A stretch of 64,000 nucleotides of DNA from Spirochaetales bacterium. Lineage in GTDB: Bacteria > Spirochaetota > Spirochaetia > JABMQR01. Positions 9,702 through 19,983 of the stretch are shown here, piece by piece; the stretch's first letter is position 1; each line of letters begins with the position of its first letter. Position numbers and translations under genes: made by a program. Under the pieces are notes generated by a model. That model searched no databases. It was given only the letters and a program-made list of their open reading frames with translations, and had not been told where the DNA came from. The stretch covers positions 6,130-70,129 of the forward strand of contig JAGYPA010000017.1 of NCBI GenBank assembly GCA_018399255.1. The letters are read 5' to 3'.

Positions 9702-11424
9702 ATGAAAAATAATCCAAGGAGGATGGAGATGAAAAAATTGATGGTCTGGGTACTGCTGACTGTTATGAGTCTGGCAGTGATTTCAGCAGCCGGCAGCAAA
9801 GAAGCCGAAGTGTTGGAAATTCAGGAACGGGTAGGATCCGGGTATTTTCACAAGTATGAACCGGGCATCACGCTTACAGGAAACAGAATAAGTTCTGCGA
9901 CGGTTGATTTCGTCAATAATGCTTATGTGGAGTGGGCTGAAGAAGAGCTCGGCATCACCTATAAGCTGAAATGGACTGCCCCGGATGCTGAAACCGATCG
10001 TCAGAAGCTGACTCTGGCTATGGCCAGTAATGATCTTCCTGATATTATCAGCATTGAATCAGGAGACCTCTTTTCCCGTATGGCTAAATCCGGCGTTCTT
10101 AAACCCCTGAATGATCTGCTGGATACCTATGCATCTCCTCTGACCAATGAAAGGATAGAAGTCTATCAGGAAGCTCTGAATGGTAACTTTTTCTCTCTTT
10201 TTCAGATGCAGGGTGATATTTATGCCATGCCGGAAGCTTCAGATGTCTTCTCGTCAAACTGGTATGCCCTCTGGATGCGCGGTGATATTCCTGGCGGAAC
10301 TGGGCATGGAAGCCCCTGATACCATAGAGGAGTTTGAAGCCGTTTTGGCTGCCTATAAAGATGCCAATCCGGGACACGTCGGTATGGTATTCAACCAAAT
10401 CCCATCATGGAAGCTGAGGGCGTTTCCCAAGAAATGGGTGAAAGACAGTAATGGCGGTCTTGTTTACGGAAGCGTGCAGCCTGAAGCCAAGGCGACTCTG
10501 GAAAAACTGAACAGTTGGTACGAAAAGGATATCTGGATAAAGAGTACTTTATCAAGGATGACAGCAAAAATCGCGAACCCATGATTGCCGGCGACGCTTC
10601 TCTATTTACGGTAACTGGGTGGTATGTGCTCTGGCCGTTTCCGGATCTCTGGGCAAATGTGCCTGCCGCAGACATGGTGCACCGCTTATGCCGCCTCCCG
10701 GACCTGACGGAGGCAAGGTAATCATGCATGATATTAATAACGGCTATTTCGGTAGCGGCCGTGCAATCAGTGCAGCGTGCGAACACCCCGAAGCACTGGT
10801 GTTTATGCTGAATCAGAATGGATTCCCAATTCAGGTTTGACGGAGCCTTACGGGAAAAATGAAGACAGTAGGGTATGAATTCATGTATCCCTATGAACAG
10901 TGGCAGCAGCCAGTCAATCCCGAAGCGCCTCAGGAAGAACAAATATGGGAACTACCAGGTAGAAGGTCCGACAAATTCTGGAACTCCCACGCGTGGAAAC
11001 CCTGCAAATCTGCCTTTGATTCAAATATAATGAGGGCCCGTACGATCTGCTGAACAGGTATCTGGTAACAGCAAAAGCGTACAGAATGATGCTATTGATA
11101 CACTGAGTGTTCGGATCAAAATTGACTATACGGAGTACTTCTCAACCCCGGTCAGCAAGATGGAAGCGCATGTGAGAAATGTGGAAAATGTATGACCGAA
11201 TCAGGATAGAAGGGATTATTATCTACAATGAGTTTACAACGGCACCTACCCCGAGTATGGTGGATCGGCAGGCTTATCTGGATAAGATAGAAGAGGAGTA
11301 TTATACCAAAATCATCACTGGTGAGCTTCCTGTAAGCTCTTTTGATACATTTACTGCTGAGTGGGAAAAAGCTGGGGGTGCAGATATAACATCCGAAGTG
11401 AATGAATGGTACAAGACAAAATAA
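9702..11424 (+). pseudogene. Lpl-type extracellular sugar-binding lipoprotein (ABC solute-binding protein) broken by multiple frameshifts
   Basis: Six consecutive + strand ORF fragments (9702, 10180, 10515, 10619, 10859, 11179) in shifting frames together reconstruct one ~560-aa solute-binding protein. There is a signal peptide (MKKLMVWVLLTVMSLAVISAAGS), and the last fragment ends ...FDTFTAEWEKAGGADITSEVNEWYKTK. The intact paralogue at 45033-46724 ends the same way (FDTYVQDWYKLGGEKILGEINDL). Position immediately upstream of the two permease genes fits. Confidence 0.75.
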
Positions 11425-11608
11425 CCTTTGTACTGAAAGCAGGTAATCTATGATGGTCGGGGAACATACGGTCTCCCCGACCGGATACTATCAGCTGTCC
11501 GGCAAATAAACCGCTGCCGGCGGTACAAAAAGGAAAATCTCTATGCTGCTGCGCTGTCATCGCTCGGTCGGTCAGGCCGGAATTCGTTTGAAGAAACTGA
11601 AAAACTAT

Positions 11609-12493
11609 ATGACAGGGAACTATCCCCTCTATCTCATGATGATTCCGGCACTGGTTCTACTTGTCCTGTTCAATTATGTGCCGATGTATGGGATAATTAT
11701 AGCCTTTCAGGATTATATGCCGCTTTACGGCTTTTCCGGATCTCCATGGGTAGGACTGCGCTGGTTCTCGTATCTGCTGGACATGCCGGATGCACTGCAG
11801 GTTATTGTAAATACCGTCATCATAGCGATAGGGAAAATTTTGTTTTCCACTGCAGCTTCCATTCTTTTCGCTTTGCTGCTCAATGAATTGCGCGGGAAAA
11901 AGTTCAAGAAAATTGTCCAGACTGCGGTGTATCTGCCGCACTTTTTCTCTTGGGTAATCATAGGTGGTATTTTTGTTGATTTACTGTCATTGAATGGTAT
12001 TATCAATCAGTTTCTTCAGTGGATTGGACTGCAGAAACCTGTTTTTTTTCTTGGCAGCAACAGGTATTTTCGAGGCACCATGATTGGTCTGGAAATATGG
12101 AAAAGCTTCGGATGGGGCGCGATTATCTACTTGGCTGCCATAGCGAACATAAGTCCCAATCTGTATGAGTCAGCAGCCATAGATGGTGCAGGAAGACTGC
12201 GGCAGGCGGTTTCCATAACCCTTCCGAGTATTCTGCCCACGATCATCCTTCTGGCAACGTTGAGCCTGGGAAATGTGCTCAATGCCGGGTTTGAACAGAT
12301 CTTTGTCATGTATAACGAAGTGGTTTACGAAACGGGAGATATTATTGATACCTTTGTCTACCGAATCGGTCTTGAAAATGCTCAGTTCAGCCTTTCCACT
12401 GCGGTGGGACTGTTTAAATCTGTTGTTTCGTTTGTTTTGATAACCGGTTCATATTTGTTTGCCTACAAACGGGCAAATTATCGAATCTTCTGA
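11609..12493 (+). CDS. Sugar ABC transporter permease (LplB/YesP-like)
   Basis: NYPLYLMMIPALVLLVLFNY N-terminus and six predicted transmembrane segments. Paralogue of 46810-47718. The start may be TTG 11588. Confidence 0.8.
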   Translation: MTGNYPLYLMMIPALVLLVLFNYVPMYGIIIAFQDYMPLYGFSGSPWVGLRWFSYLLDMPDALQVIVNTVIIAIGKILFSTAASILFALLLNELRGKKFKKIVQTAVYLPHFFSWVIIGGIFVDLLSLNGIINQFLQWIGLQKPVFFLGSNRYFRGTMIGLEIWKSFGWGAIIYLAAIANISPNLYESAAIDGAGRLRQAVSITLPSILPTIILLATLSLGNVLNAGFEQIFVMYNEVVYETGDIIDTFVYRIGLENAQFSLSTAVGLFKSVVSFVLITGSYLFAYKRANYRIF

Positions 12494-12612
12494 TGTTTTC
12501 GCGAAAGGCCGGGATTACCGCCTAAATGCCGGCATGTGAAGGAATTCGGCATGTGAATGAATGCCAGTGAACAGCCAGCCGGCTGTGAAGGAAAAGGAGC
12601 AAGGGTAGTAAC

Positions 12613-13500
12613 ATGATGGTAGAGGATGCTTCTACGGGAGCAAAAATATGGAACAACAGCCTATACATTTTCCTTGGGCTGCTGGCTGCAAGCTGCATAC
12701 TCCCGGTGATTCACGTTCTGGCAGTCTCTTTCAGCAGCAAGGCAGCTTCTGCTGCAAATCTTGTTAGATTCACACCGGTCGGTTTCCATACCCGGGCTTA
12801 TCAGAAAGTTCTTACCAGTCCACTCTTTATCAGAAGTTTTGGTATTTCCGTACTCAGGGTTCTGGTTGGAACTGCGGTTAACATGTTCATGGTCAGCATC
12901 ACCTCCTACCCGCTATCAAAGGAGCCTGGGGAATTCAAGGGTCGACTCTTTTTTGTCTGGCTGATATTCTTTCCCATGCTGTTTACCGGCGGACTTATAC
13001 CCACCTATCTGCAGGTGAGAAATCTCGGTCTTATAGATTCCTTCTGGTCGCTCATCCTCCCCACTGCAGTACCCATGTTCAGCATTATCATCATGATGAA
13101 CTTTTTCCGGGGTATCCCGAAAAGCCTTTCGGAAGCTGCGTATATTGAGGGAGCAGGACATTTGACGGTCCTCAGAAGCGTTTACTTACCGATATCAACA
13201 GCAGCCATTGCAACCTTAACACTTTTTGCCGTGGTCGGGCATTGGAACGAGTGGTTTCAGGGGTTTATTTACATTAATGACACAGAAAGATGGCCACTGC
13301 AGACCTATCTGCGACAAATGCTTCTTCCTACAACGCTACAGAATCTGACGTTGGAGGATCTTGATACGATGCAGTATCTGTCGGATAAGAATTTCAAGGC
13401 AGCCCAGATATTTATTGCCATGATACCGATTCTCCTATTTTATCCGTTTCTTCAACGCTACTTTATCGCGGGGCTGACTCTGGGATCGGTGAAAGAGTAG
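12613..13500 (+). CDS. Sugar ABC transporter permease (LplC/YesQ-like)
   Basis: MalG-like permease with the EAAxxxG-type motif region (SEAAYIEGAGHL). Paralogue of 47734-48627. Confidence 0.85.
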   Translation: MMVEDASTGAKIWNNSLYIFLGLLAASCILPVIHVLAVSFSSKAASAANLVRFTPVGFHTRAYQKVLTSPLFIRSFGISVLRVLVGTAVNMFMVSITSYPLSKEPGEFKGRLFFVWLIFFPMLFTGGLIPTYLQVRNLGLIDSFWSLILPTAVPMFSIIIMMNFFRGIPKSLSEAAYIEGAGHLTVLRSVYLPISTAAIATLTLFAVVGHWNEWFQGFIYINDTERWPLQTYLRQMLLPTTLQNLTLEDLDTMQYLSDKNFKAAQIFIAMIPILLFYPFLQRYFIAGLTLGSVKE

Positions 13501-13536
13501 GAGCAGAAAAGAAAACGCAGGAGACTGGAGAAGACC

Positions 13537-15867
13537 ATGAGACTGATGAATGAAGCTTTGGATATAAGCACAGAATTCGATAACCCGACATCGACATTTT
13601 TTCAGATGGAAAAACTGAACAATTGGGATATGAACTCGCTGTCAGGCTCAATAACCTGGTGCAGAAAGATAAAAAAAGCACGACATGCCTTCAACCAGAC
13701 TTCCATGGCCTACGAGGATACAAAATCTTGGAGTTTTCCGCCCGATTACCCTGAAAAACCGGAACTTTTGTTTTCCTCTTTCCGTATTTCCCACTCGGTG
13801 TTCAGGGTTCGTATTGCATTACGTGAAATTGCCGAAAGTCAGGTGGAGGATGAAACGGGAATTCTTGTTGATCCATGTCTTGATGATCCCTCAGGATGGC
13901 AGACTGACGAAACAGAAGAACGTATCATTTTTTCTTCCCCCTCAATGATTGTGGAGCTGGTGCGTAATCCATTTTCTCTCGTGATCAGAGACGGTAACGG
14001 AAATCTGCTTACCTCCACCATACATCAGCACATGCAAACCAGTTTGCGAAATTCCGATGAACCAGTGTGTGAAATAGTTCATAACCAGCAGAGTTGGGAG
14101 AAGCGGGGGAGAGTAGCTTTTACTCTTTCTCATGATGAGCGTCTGTATGGGACCGGTGAATCTTTTACCAGCCTGAACAAGCGGGGACAGACAGCAGTGC
14201 TGTGGAGTCAGGATGCTCATGGGTGTCAGACAGAGCGATACTACAAGCCAGTACCTTTTGTTATGTCTAACCGTGGGTGGGGTTTGTTCCTGAATACCAC
14301 TATGCCGGCGGTGTTTGATATGGGAAAGACGTATGACCGATGTTTCGGGGTTTATGCAGGGGACCCGATAATTGATCTTTTTCTCTTTACTGGAACACCG
14401 GAGACCATGCTAACCGAATACACACGTATTACTGGACGTGCTGCTTGCCCCCCGTTGTGGTCCTTCGGTCTGTGGATGAGCCGCATCACGTACAAAACCA
14501 GAGAAGAAGTGGAAGCGGTAGCTGACAAAATGAGGACTGAAAAAATTCCCTGTGATGTCATTCATATCGATACAGGATGGTTTGAATCTGACTGGCGCTG
14601 TGACTTCGCGTTTTCACCGACACGATTTCCCGAACCGGAAGCAATGATTCACAGGCTGGCTGAGGATGGTTACCACATCAGCCTCTGGCAGCTTCCCTAT
14701 TTTACTCCCCGCAATCCTCTCTACCGGGAGCTGGTGGAAAACGGCTATGCAGTTGCCGGCCCGGGAGGGAGACCTCCGACCGATGATGCAATACTGGATT
14801 TTACAAACCCCGAAGCTTCAGTCTGGTATAAGAATCATATTCGCAATCTGATAAGCAACGGAGTATCGGCGATTAAAGCTGATTTCGGTGAAGCAGCGCC
14901 GTTAGCTGGGTGGTATGCAAGCGGATATGACGGAATGAAAGAACACAATCGGTATCCGCTGCTTTACAATAAAGCAGTGTTTGAGGCAACCTGCGAAGCT
15001 TCCGGTGAGGGGGTGATCTGGGGAAGGAGTGCCTGGGCAGGCAGTCAGAGGTATCCGGTGCACTGGGCGGGAGATGCCGAAAACACCGCATCAGCCATGG
15101 CTGCCACCCTGAGAGCAGGGCTTTCTCTTGGGTTAAGTGGGTTCACCTTCTGGAGTCACGATATTGGCGGGTTTGTTAAACCGAGTGATAAGGCATTGTA
15201 CCGCCGCTGGCTTCCCTTCGGTATGCTTACCAGCCATAGCCGATGTCATGGAGCGCCTCCCAAAGAACCCTGGTTCTATGACCGTGAATTTACCGATTTT
15301 TTCAGATATACTGTTGAGTTCAAATATCGGCTGATGCCGTACATTATGGCAGAGTCCATTGCTGCAGCCAATAAGGGCTGGCCGATGGTACGACCGCTGT
15401 TTTTCCACTATCCCAGTGATCGGACCAGCTGGTTTGTGGAGGATGAATATCTATTCGGGCGTAACATTCTGGCGGCACCGATTTTTTCTGAAGATGACGA
15501 TGCTCGCGACGTGTACCTCCCTCCCGGTCGCTGGGTGGATATACAGACAGATGCTGTATACGAGGGTGGTTTCTGGCATATGGTATCCGGAGGACGCCTG
15601 ATGATGCCAGTTTTTGTTCGCGAAGGAACAGTTGTTCCTCTGGTAGAGCCTGCTTGCAGCACCAGCAGGATAGACTGGGATTCTGTCACCCTCTACATAT
15701 GCAGCAATACCGAAGGTTCCGGCAGTCATTATTCATCTTATGCGGCATCCTATCATCCGGACATCGGTCTTTACGACATTGATACGGTTTCAGGCAGGGC
15801 GGTAGGTGCAGACCACATTATCTGCAGGAAAGTGTATTCGCTGGTTAAACCGGAGATGAGGCAGTAA
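13537..15867 (+). CDS. Glycoside hydrolase family 31 (alpha-xylosidase/alpha-glucosidase-like)
   Basis: GH31 catalytic region motifs: CDVIHIDTGWFESDW, GVSAIKADFGE and WAGDAENTASAM. 776 aa. Confidence 0.8.
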   Translation: MRLMNEALDISTEFDNPTSTFFQMEKLNNWDMNSLSGSITWCRKIKKARHAFNQTSMAYEDTKSWSFPPDYPEKPELLFSSFRISHSVFRVRIALREIAESQVEDETGILVDPCLDDPSGWQTDETEERIIFSSPSMIVELVRNPFSLVIRDGNGNLLTSTIHQHMQTSLRNSDEPVCEIVHNQQSWEKRGRVAFTLSHDERLYGTGESFTSLNKRGQTAVLWSQDAHGCQTERYYKPVPFVMSNRGWGLFLNTTMPAVFDMGKTYDRCFGVYAGDPIIDLFLFTGTPETMLTEYTRITGRAACPPLWSFGLWMSRITYKTREEVEAVADKMRTEKIPCDVIHIDTGWFESDWRCDFAFSPTRFPEPEAMIHRLAEDGYHISLWQLPYFTPRNPLYRELVENGYAVAGPGGRPPTDDAILDFTNPEASVWYKNHIRNLISNGVSAIKADFGEAAPLAGWYASGYDGMKEHNRYPLLYNKAVFEATCEASGEGVIWGRSAWAGSQRYPVHWAGDAENTASAMAATLRAGLSLGLSGFTFWSHDIGGFVKPSDKALYRRWLPFGMLTSHSRCHGAPPKEPWFYDREFTDFFRYTVEFKYRLMPYIMAESIAAANKGWPMVRPLFFHYPSDRTSWFVEDEYLFGRNILAAPIFSEDDDARDVYLPPGRWVDIQTDAVYEGGFWHMVSGGRLMMPVFVREGTVVPLVEPACSTSRIDWDSVTLYICSNTEGSGSHYSSYAASYHPDIGLYDIDTVSGRAVGADHIICRKVYSLVKPEMRQ

Positions 15868-15886
15868 GATCAATAAAGGATAACAT

Positions 15887-18670
15887 ATGGATATACAATG
15901 GTATGCTGCAGCGCAGGAGCTGACAGCACAGATGACGCTGGAAGAGAAGGCAAGCCTCTGTTCGGGAAAAGATTTCTGGAACCTCAAAGGCATAGAACGG
16001 CTGAATTTGCCCGAAATCATGGTCACCGATGGACCGCACGGGCTCAGGAAGCAGTCTGAAGAAACCGACCATGAGGGTTTGCGTCCAAGTATCCCGAGCA
16101 CCTGCTTTCCCCGGCCGTCACCATGGCCTGCACGTGGGACCCCGGGCTCATCGAAACCTTGGACGCCCTGGCCGGGAGAGCAGGGAAGAGGGCGTATCAG
16201 TAGTCTTGGGACCCGGGGCAAACATCGCTGATCGCCCCTGTGCGGGCGAAATTTAGTATTTCTCTGAAGATCCCTTTCTTTACCGGAGAATTTGGCCTTG
16301 GCCCACATCCGCGGAGTCAGAGCGGAGGCATCGGCACATCCCTCAAGCATTTTGCCGTAAACAACCAGGAAACCAACCGGCTGTTTATTGATGCCGTGGT
16401 CGATGAACACCCTGCGGGAAATCTACCTGCCTGGATTCGAAAAGGCGGTGAAAGAAGGGTCAGCCTGACACAGTCATTGCGCCTACAATCGCCTGAACGG
16501 CACCTACTGCAGTGAAAACGAATACCCGCTCACCACGATTCCCGGGATCAGTGGGGCTTTACGGGGATGGTCGTTTCCGACTGGGGCCGTAAGCGATCGG
16601 GTAAAGGAATTCAGGCCGGGCTGGACCGGAAATGCCCGCGAGCCGCGGCGAAAACGACCGCAAGATTGTTGAGGCAGTCAAGTCCGGTGCCCTCGCCGAT
16701 GAACTCCCCGACCGGGCAGCCGTCCGGATAACAGCCCTGATTCTCAAGTCGGCAGACTTCCCTCAAGGCATCAGACCCCCAAGGCATCAGACTTCAAGTC
16801 GGCAGCTTCCCTCAAGGTATCAGACCCTCAAGTCAGCAGCCTTCCCGGAATGCCGATCACCCCCGCAGCAGGCAAAGCTGATGAGCAGGGGCAGGGCGGC
16901 CGCATACAATCGGGATCAGCACCATAACCTGGCTCGAACCATCGCCGCCGAAGGCATCGTACTTCTCAAAACCAGGACAACCTCCTGCCGATCACGTGCC
17001 CAGGGAGGCAAACCCCCGCAAACCTCGAAAACAGATAACCCCGGCAAACCCCCGCACCCCCCGCAAAAAGATCGCCGTATTGGCGATTTCGCCCGGAACC
17101 CACGCTATCAGGGAGCAGGAAGTTCGGCAAGTAACCCGACACGCCTTGACTCAGCCCTGGATGCAATAATCGGCAGCCGAACCCTTTGGGCATGCCAGAT
17201 TGATTTTGCCCGGGGCTATGACCCCGACAAAACCGAAAACCCCGATATTTCCGGACACACCGGATACCCCCTGAAAACCCCGAAGCTTCCGACACACCGG
17301 ATACCCCCGAAAACCCCGAAATTCAGCCGGAAAAATCGGACCTTGCAGCAGAAGCCTGCAGACTTGCCGCAGCCGCTGACCTGGTCCTGCTGTTTGCCGG
17401 ACTGCCCGATTCCTACGAATCCGAAGGATTTGACCGCACCCACATGCGCCTTCCTGAAGAACATAACCAGCTGATAAGAGCCGTGGCAAAGGCAAACCCG
17501 AAAACAGCCGTAATACTCAGCAACGGAGCCCCGGTAGAAATGCCCTGGGCAGATTCAGTCCCGGCAATCCTGGAAACCTACCTGGGAGGCCAGGCCGGCG
17601 GCAGCGCCGCGGCAGATGTGCTATTCGGCAAGGTAAATCCATCCGGACATCTCGCAGAGACATTCCCCCTAATCCTGGCTGATACCCCCTGCTGCGAAAA
17701 CTTCCCCGGAGGCAGGTATCGCGTACAGTACCGGGAAGGCCTGCATGTCGGCTACCGCTGGTATGCATCCGCCAACAAACCCGTGCGGTTTCCCTTCGGC
17801 CATGGCCTCAGCTATACCACCTTCACCTTCAGCAAAATGGAGCTCAGCAGGCAATCGATAACGCTGAAAACAGCAAACACGCATCAAGAAACGACCCCGC
17901 TGCTCGAAGTCTCGGTAACCGTGAAGAACACCGGCCAACGGAGCGGCAAAGAGGTAGTCCAGATCTATATACGGCCAAAAAAGAGCTCAGTCTATCGCCC
18001 GGAAATTGAGTTGAAAGGATTCGCCAAAATACTCGTAGAACCCGGGGAAAGCGCAATCGTCACCATCCCCTTGGATGCCAGAGCCTTCTCCTTCTACAAT
18101 ACCGCCATAGGCGACTGGGCGGTAGAGACTGGAACCTACGAGATTCTTGCTGGAAGCTCATCGGAATCCATTCATCTCACAGCTGCTGTACAGATACGGG
18201 TCGATCGGCCTGATACGCGGGAGAGGCTCCTCAGGGAAAATTCGGCTTTTCTGGCCCCGGACATTGATGGGATAAGCTACAGTGACACAGTCTTTGCGGC
18301 TCTGCTTGGGCGGGAAATTCCTTCGGATGTGCCGCTGGAGGATGTTGTCACTCTTAATACACCGCTACGGGATCTGAGAGGGACCGTCGTTGGAGATCAG
18401 CTGCATGCAGGTCTGCTGGCTGGACTGGCGAACCTGTCCACCCCGGAAACCGACGATGTTCAAATCGGAACGGCTTTATCAGCAGTTGATGAAGCCACGA
18501 AGCGTTTGCAAATCAGGCAGAACCGGCAGAAAATGATCAGAATGTTTGAACGAGCTATTGAGGGGATCCCACTTCGGAGCGCATTCATGTTCAGCAGAGG
18601 AGCAGTTTCATTTGCTCAGTTGGAAAAAATGATCAGGCTCCTGAATCAGGAAGGAGGCGCCGAAAGATAA
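15887..18670 (+). pseudogene. GH3 beta-glucosidase (BglX-like), degraded by frameshifts and internal repeat expansions
   Basis: N-terminus [41 protein letters not shown] (GH3). The middle (HFAVNNQETNR.., ..IVEAVKSGAL.., ..HHNLARTIAAEGIVLLK..) is spread over at least 4 frames. The C-terminal 408-aa ORF 17444-18670 carries the GH3 C-domain and FnIII-like domain (AADLVLLFAGLPDSYESEGFDRTHMRLPEEHNQLI..PVEMPW). Pro-rich repeat tracts lie at 16745-16860 and 17240-17335. Confidence 0.75.
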
Positions 18671-19122
18671 ACGGGGGGAATCCGGCTCGCGACAATCCGG
18701 CAGCTCTGCGTATACTTCCCAAACGGAGCGAGAGGAGGAGGGGGCATTTTGATGGTTCCATTCCCGATAAGCCAATTCACAGAATTGGCCGTGCTGGGAT
18801 CGCGGGCAAGTTTCTACTTGCCTTAACAACATACCCCCCCCCTGAGTACTCTGCGGCCCCCTTAGGGGCGGCAAAGGAGTCGAAGCCTCCTGGGTCCCAA
18901 GCATTCCCTTAGGGAATGCCGCTTGCCCATGGTAAGCCGCTTGCCCTGGAGTATGATACCCTGTCAGCAGTATACCCTGTGGAAAACGATTACTCAACTG
19001 AGGCGGAAGCTGTGCTGGCAGTGCAGTCGCAAAGCAGGCGAACAATCTTGTTTTCAATCGTTACGCAGTGCTATTTTCCCTCAAAACTGAAGTTGCTGGT
19101 GCGGAGCAAGGTTGGCAACAGG

Positions 19123-19178
19123 CAACTCACCTACAACTCACCTACAACTCACCTTCAACTCACCTTCAACTCACCTCG
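19123..19178. repeat. Tandem 10/11-nt repeats (caactcacct)x5
   Basis: Direct reading. Downstream of vapC. Confidence 0.8.
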
Positions 19179-19190
19179 GAAAGAAAACCC

Positions 19191-19598
19191 TCAGTTTACC
19201 AGGGTCCAATCTTCAATTCGCAGGTCCGGAATTCTGCAGTATTCTTTTGTGTTATGGGTTACAAGAATCCCATTTCCGGCGAGAGCGGTTGCTGCTATGA
19301 TAAGATCATTTGGTCCTATAACATTTCCCTCCAGTTCAAGAGAAGCGCGAAGATCAGCATATACTGCCGCAGCAGAGTCACCAAAGGGTACTATTTCCAT
19401 CGGCCGCAGGAAAGAGTAAATATTATGAAGGTTCTCCTCCCTTTTCATACTCTTCTCAGCTCCATACAGGAGTTCAGCTTTAACCATGGATGGAATTTTG
19501 ATTTGATCAGAATGGTGCTTTGCTAATTGAGGAGCTATAGAGGGGAATAGCCCTTTGAGAAAATAGATACAGATATTCGTATCAAGATACCAGTTCAC
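19191..19598 (-). CDS. vapC: Type II toxin VapC (PIN-domain ribonuclease)
   Basis: MNWYLDTNICIYFL... with the PIN acidic residues (D6, E, D, N near C-terminus). 135 aa. Overlaps the upstream antitoxin gene by 4 nt. Confidence 0.8.
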   Translation of the reverse strand: MNWYLDTNICIYFLKGLFPSIAPQLAKHHSDQIKIPSMVKAELLYGAEKSMKREENLHNIYSFLRPMEIVPFGDSAAAVYADLRASLELEGNVIGPNDLIIAATALAGNGILVTHNTKEYCRIPDLRIEDWTLVN

Positions 19599-19825
19599 AA
19601 TAATTCCCTTGGAAGGTCTGCAGGAAATTCAGGAGCATCAGGTACTGAAAATGAGTCATCATGTATGGATCCGAACAGCTGGAAAAATTTTTCAGGCCAC
19701 TCTGATTTCAGACTTTTCTTTATCACGCGGGAAACAAATTTTGAGATTGACAGGTTAGCTGAATTGGCGGCAGTTTCCACTTCCTTGAGAGTTTCAGCAT
19801 CAATGTAAAGGGATATTTGCGGCAT
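19595..19825 (-). CDS. Cognate antitoxin (VapB-like, putative ribbon-helix-helix)
   Basis: Small ORF translationally coupled to vapC (ATGA overlap). MPQISLYIDAETLKEVETAA... is typical of RHH/CopG-like antitoxins. Confidence 0.55.
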   Translation of the reverse strand: MPQISLYIDAETLKEVETAANSANLSISKFVSRVIKKSLKSEWPEKFFQLFGSIHDDSFSVPDAPEFPADLPRELL

Positions 19826-19910
19826 AATTTCCTCCCGCTTTAACAAGTATACCCCCAAGTATACTTGTTAGGCCTGTTTCTGTCAAGGGAGGGGAAGAAT
19901 GGGGGAAGAA

Positions 19911-19972
19911 TGGTGTCTGACACCGTATCCCGCAAAAAAACCCTGTTAAATTTCGGAATCCGGTAACAGTCG
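19911..19972. repeat. 55-60-nt double-hairpin repeat element, copy 1 of 3
   Basis: TGGTGTCTGACACCGTATCCCGCAAAAAAACCCTGTTAAATTTCGGAATCCGGT: perfect inverted repeat GGTGTC/GACACC followed by a stem ATCCCGC...GCGGAAT with loop AAAAAAACCTGTTAAATT. Confidence 0.8.
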
Positions 19973-19983
19973 TCGAAATGCAG

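Noticed and set aside
10391-10942. 183-aa minus-strand ORF
   Set aside because: It is antisense to the binding-protein pseudogene fragments. The sense-strand fragments carry the homology.
16632-17474. 280-aa Pro-rich ORF and the antisense ORFs 16966-17495
   Set aside because: These are frames running through the degraded middle of the GH3 pseudogene and its repeat insertions. There is no independent domain signal.
18916-19526. Two overlapping + strand ORFs (167 and 152 aa)
   Set aside because: They are antisense to the well-supported vapC gene and run through the caactcacct repeats.
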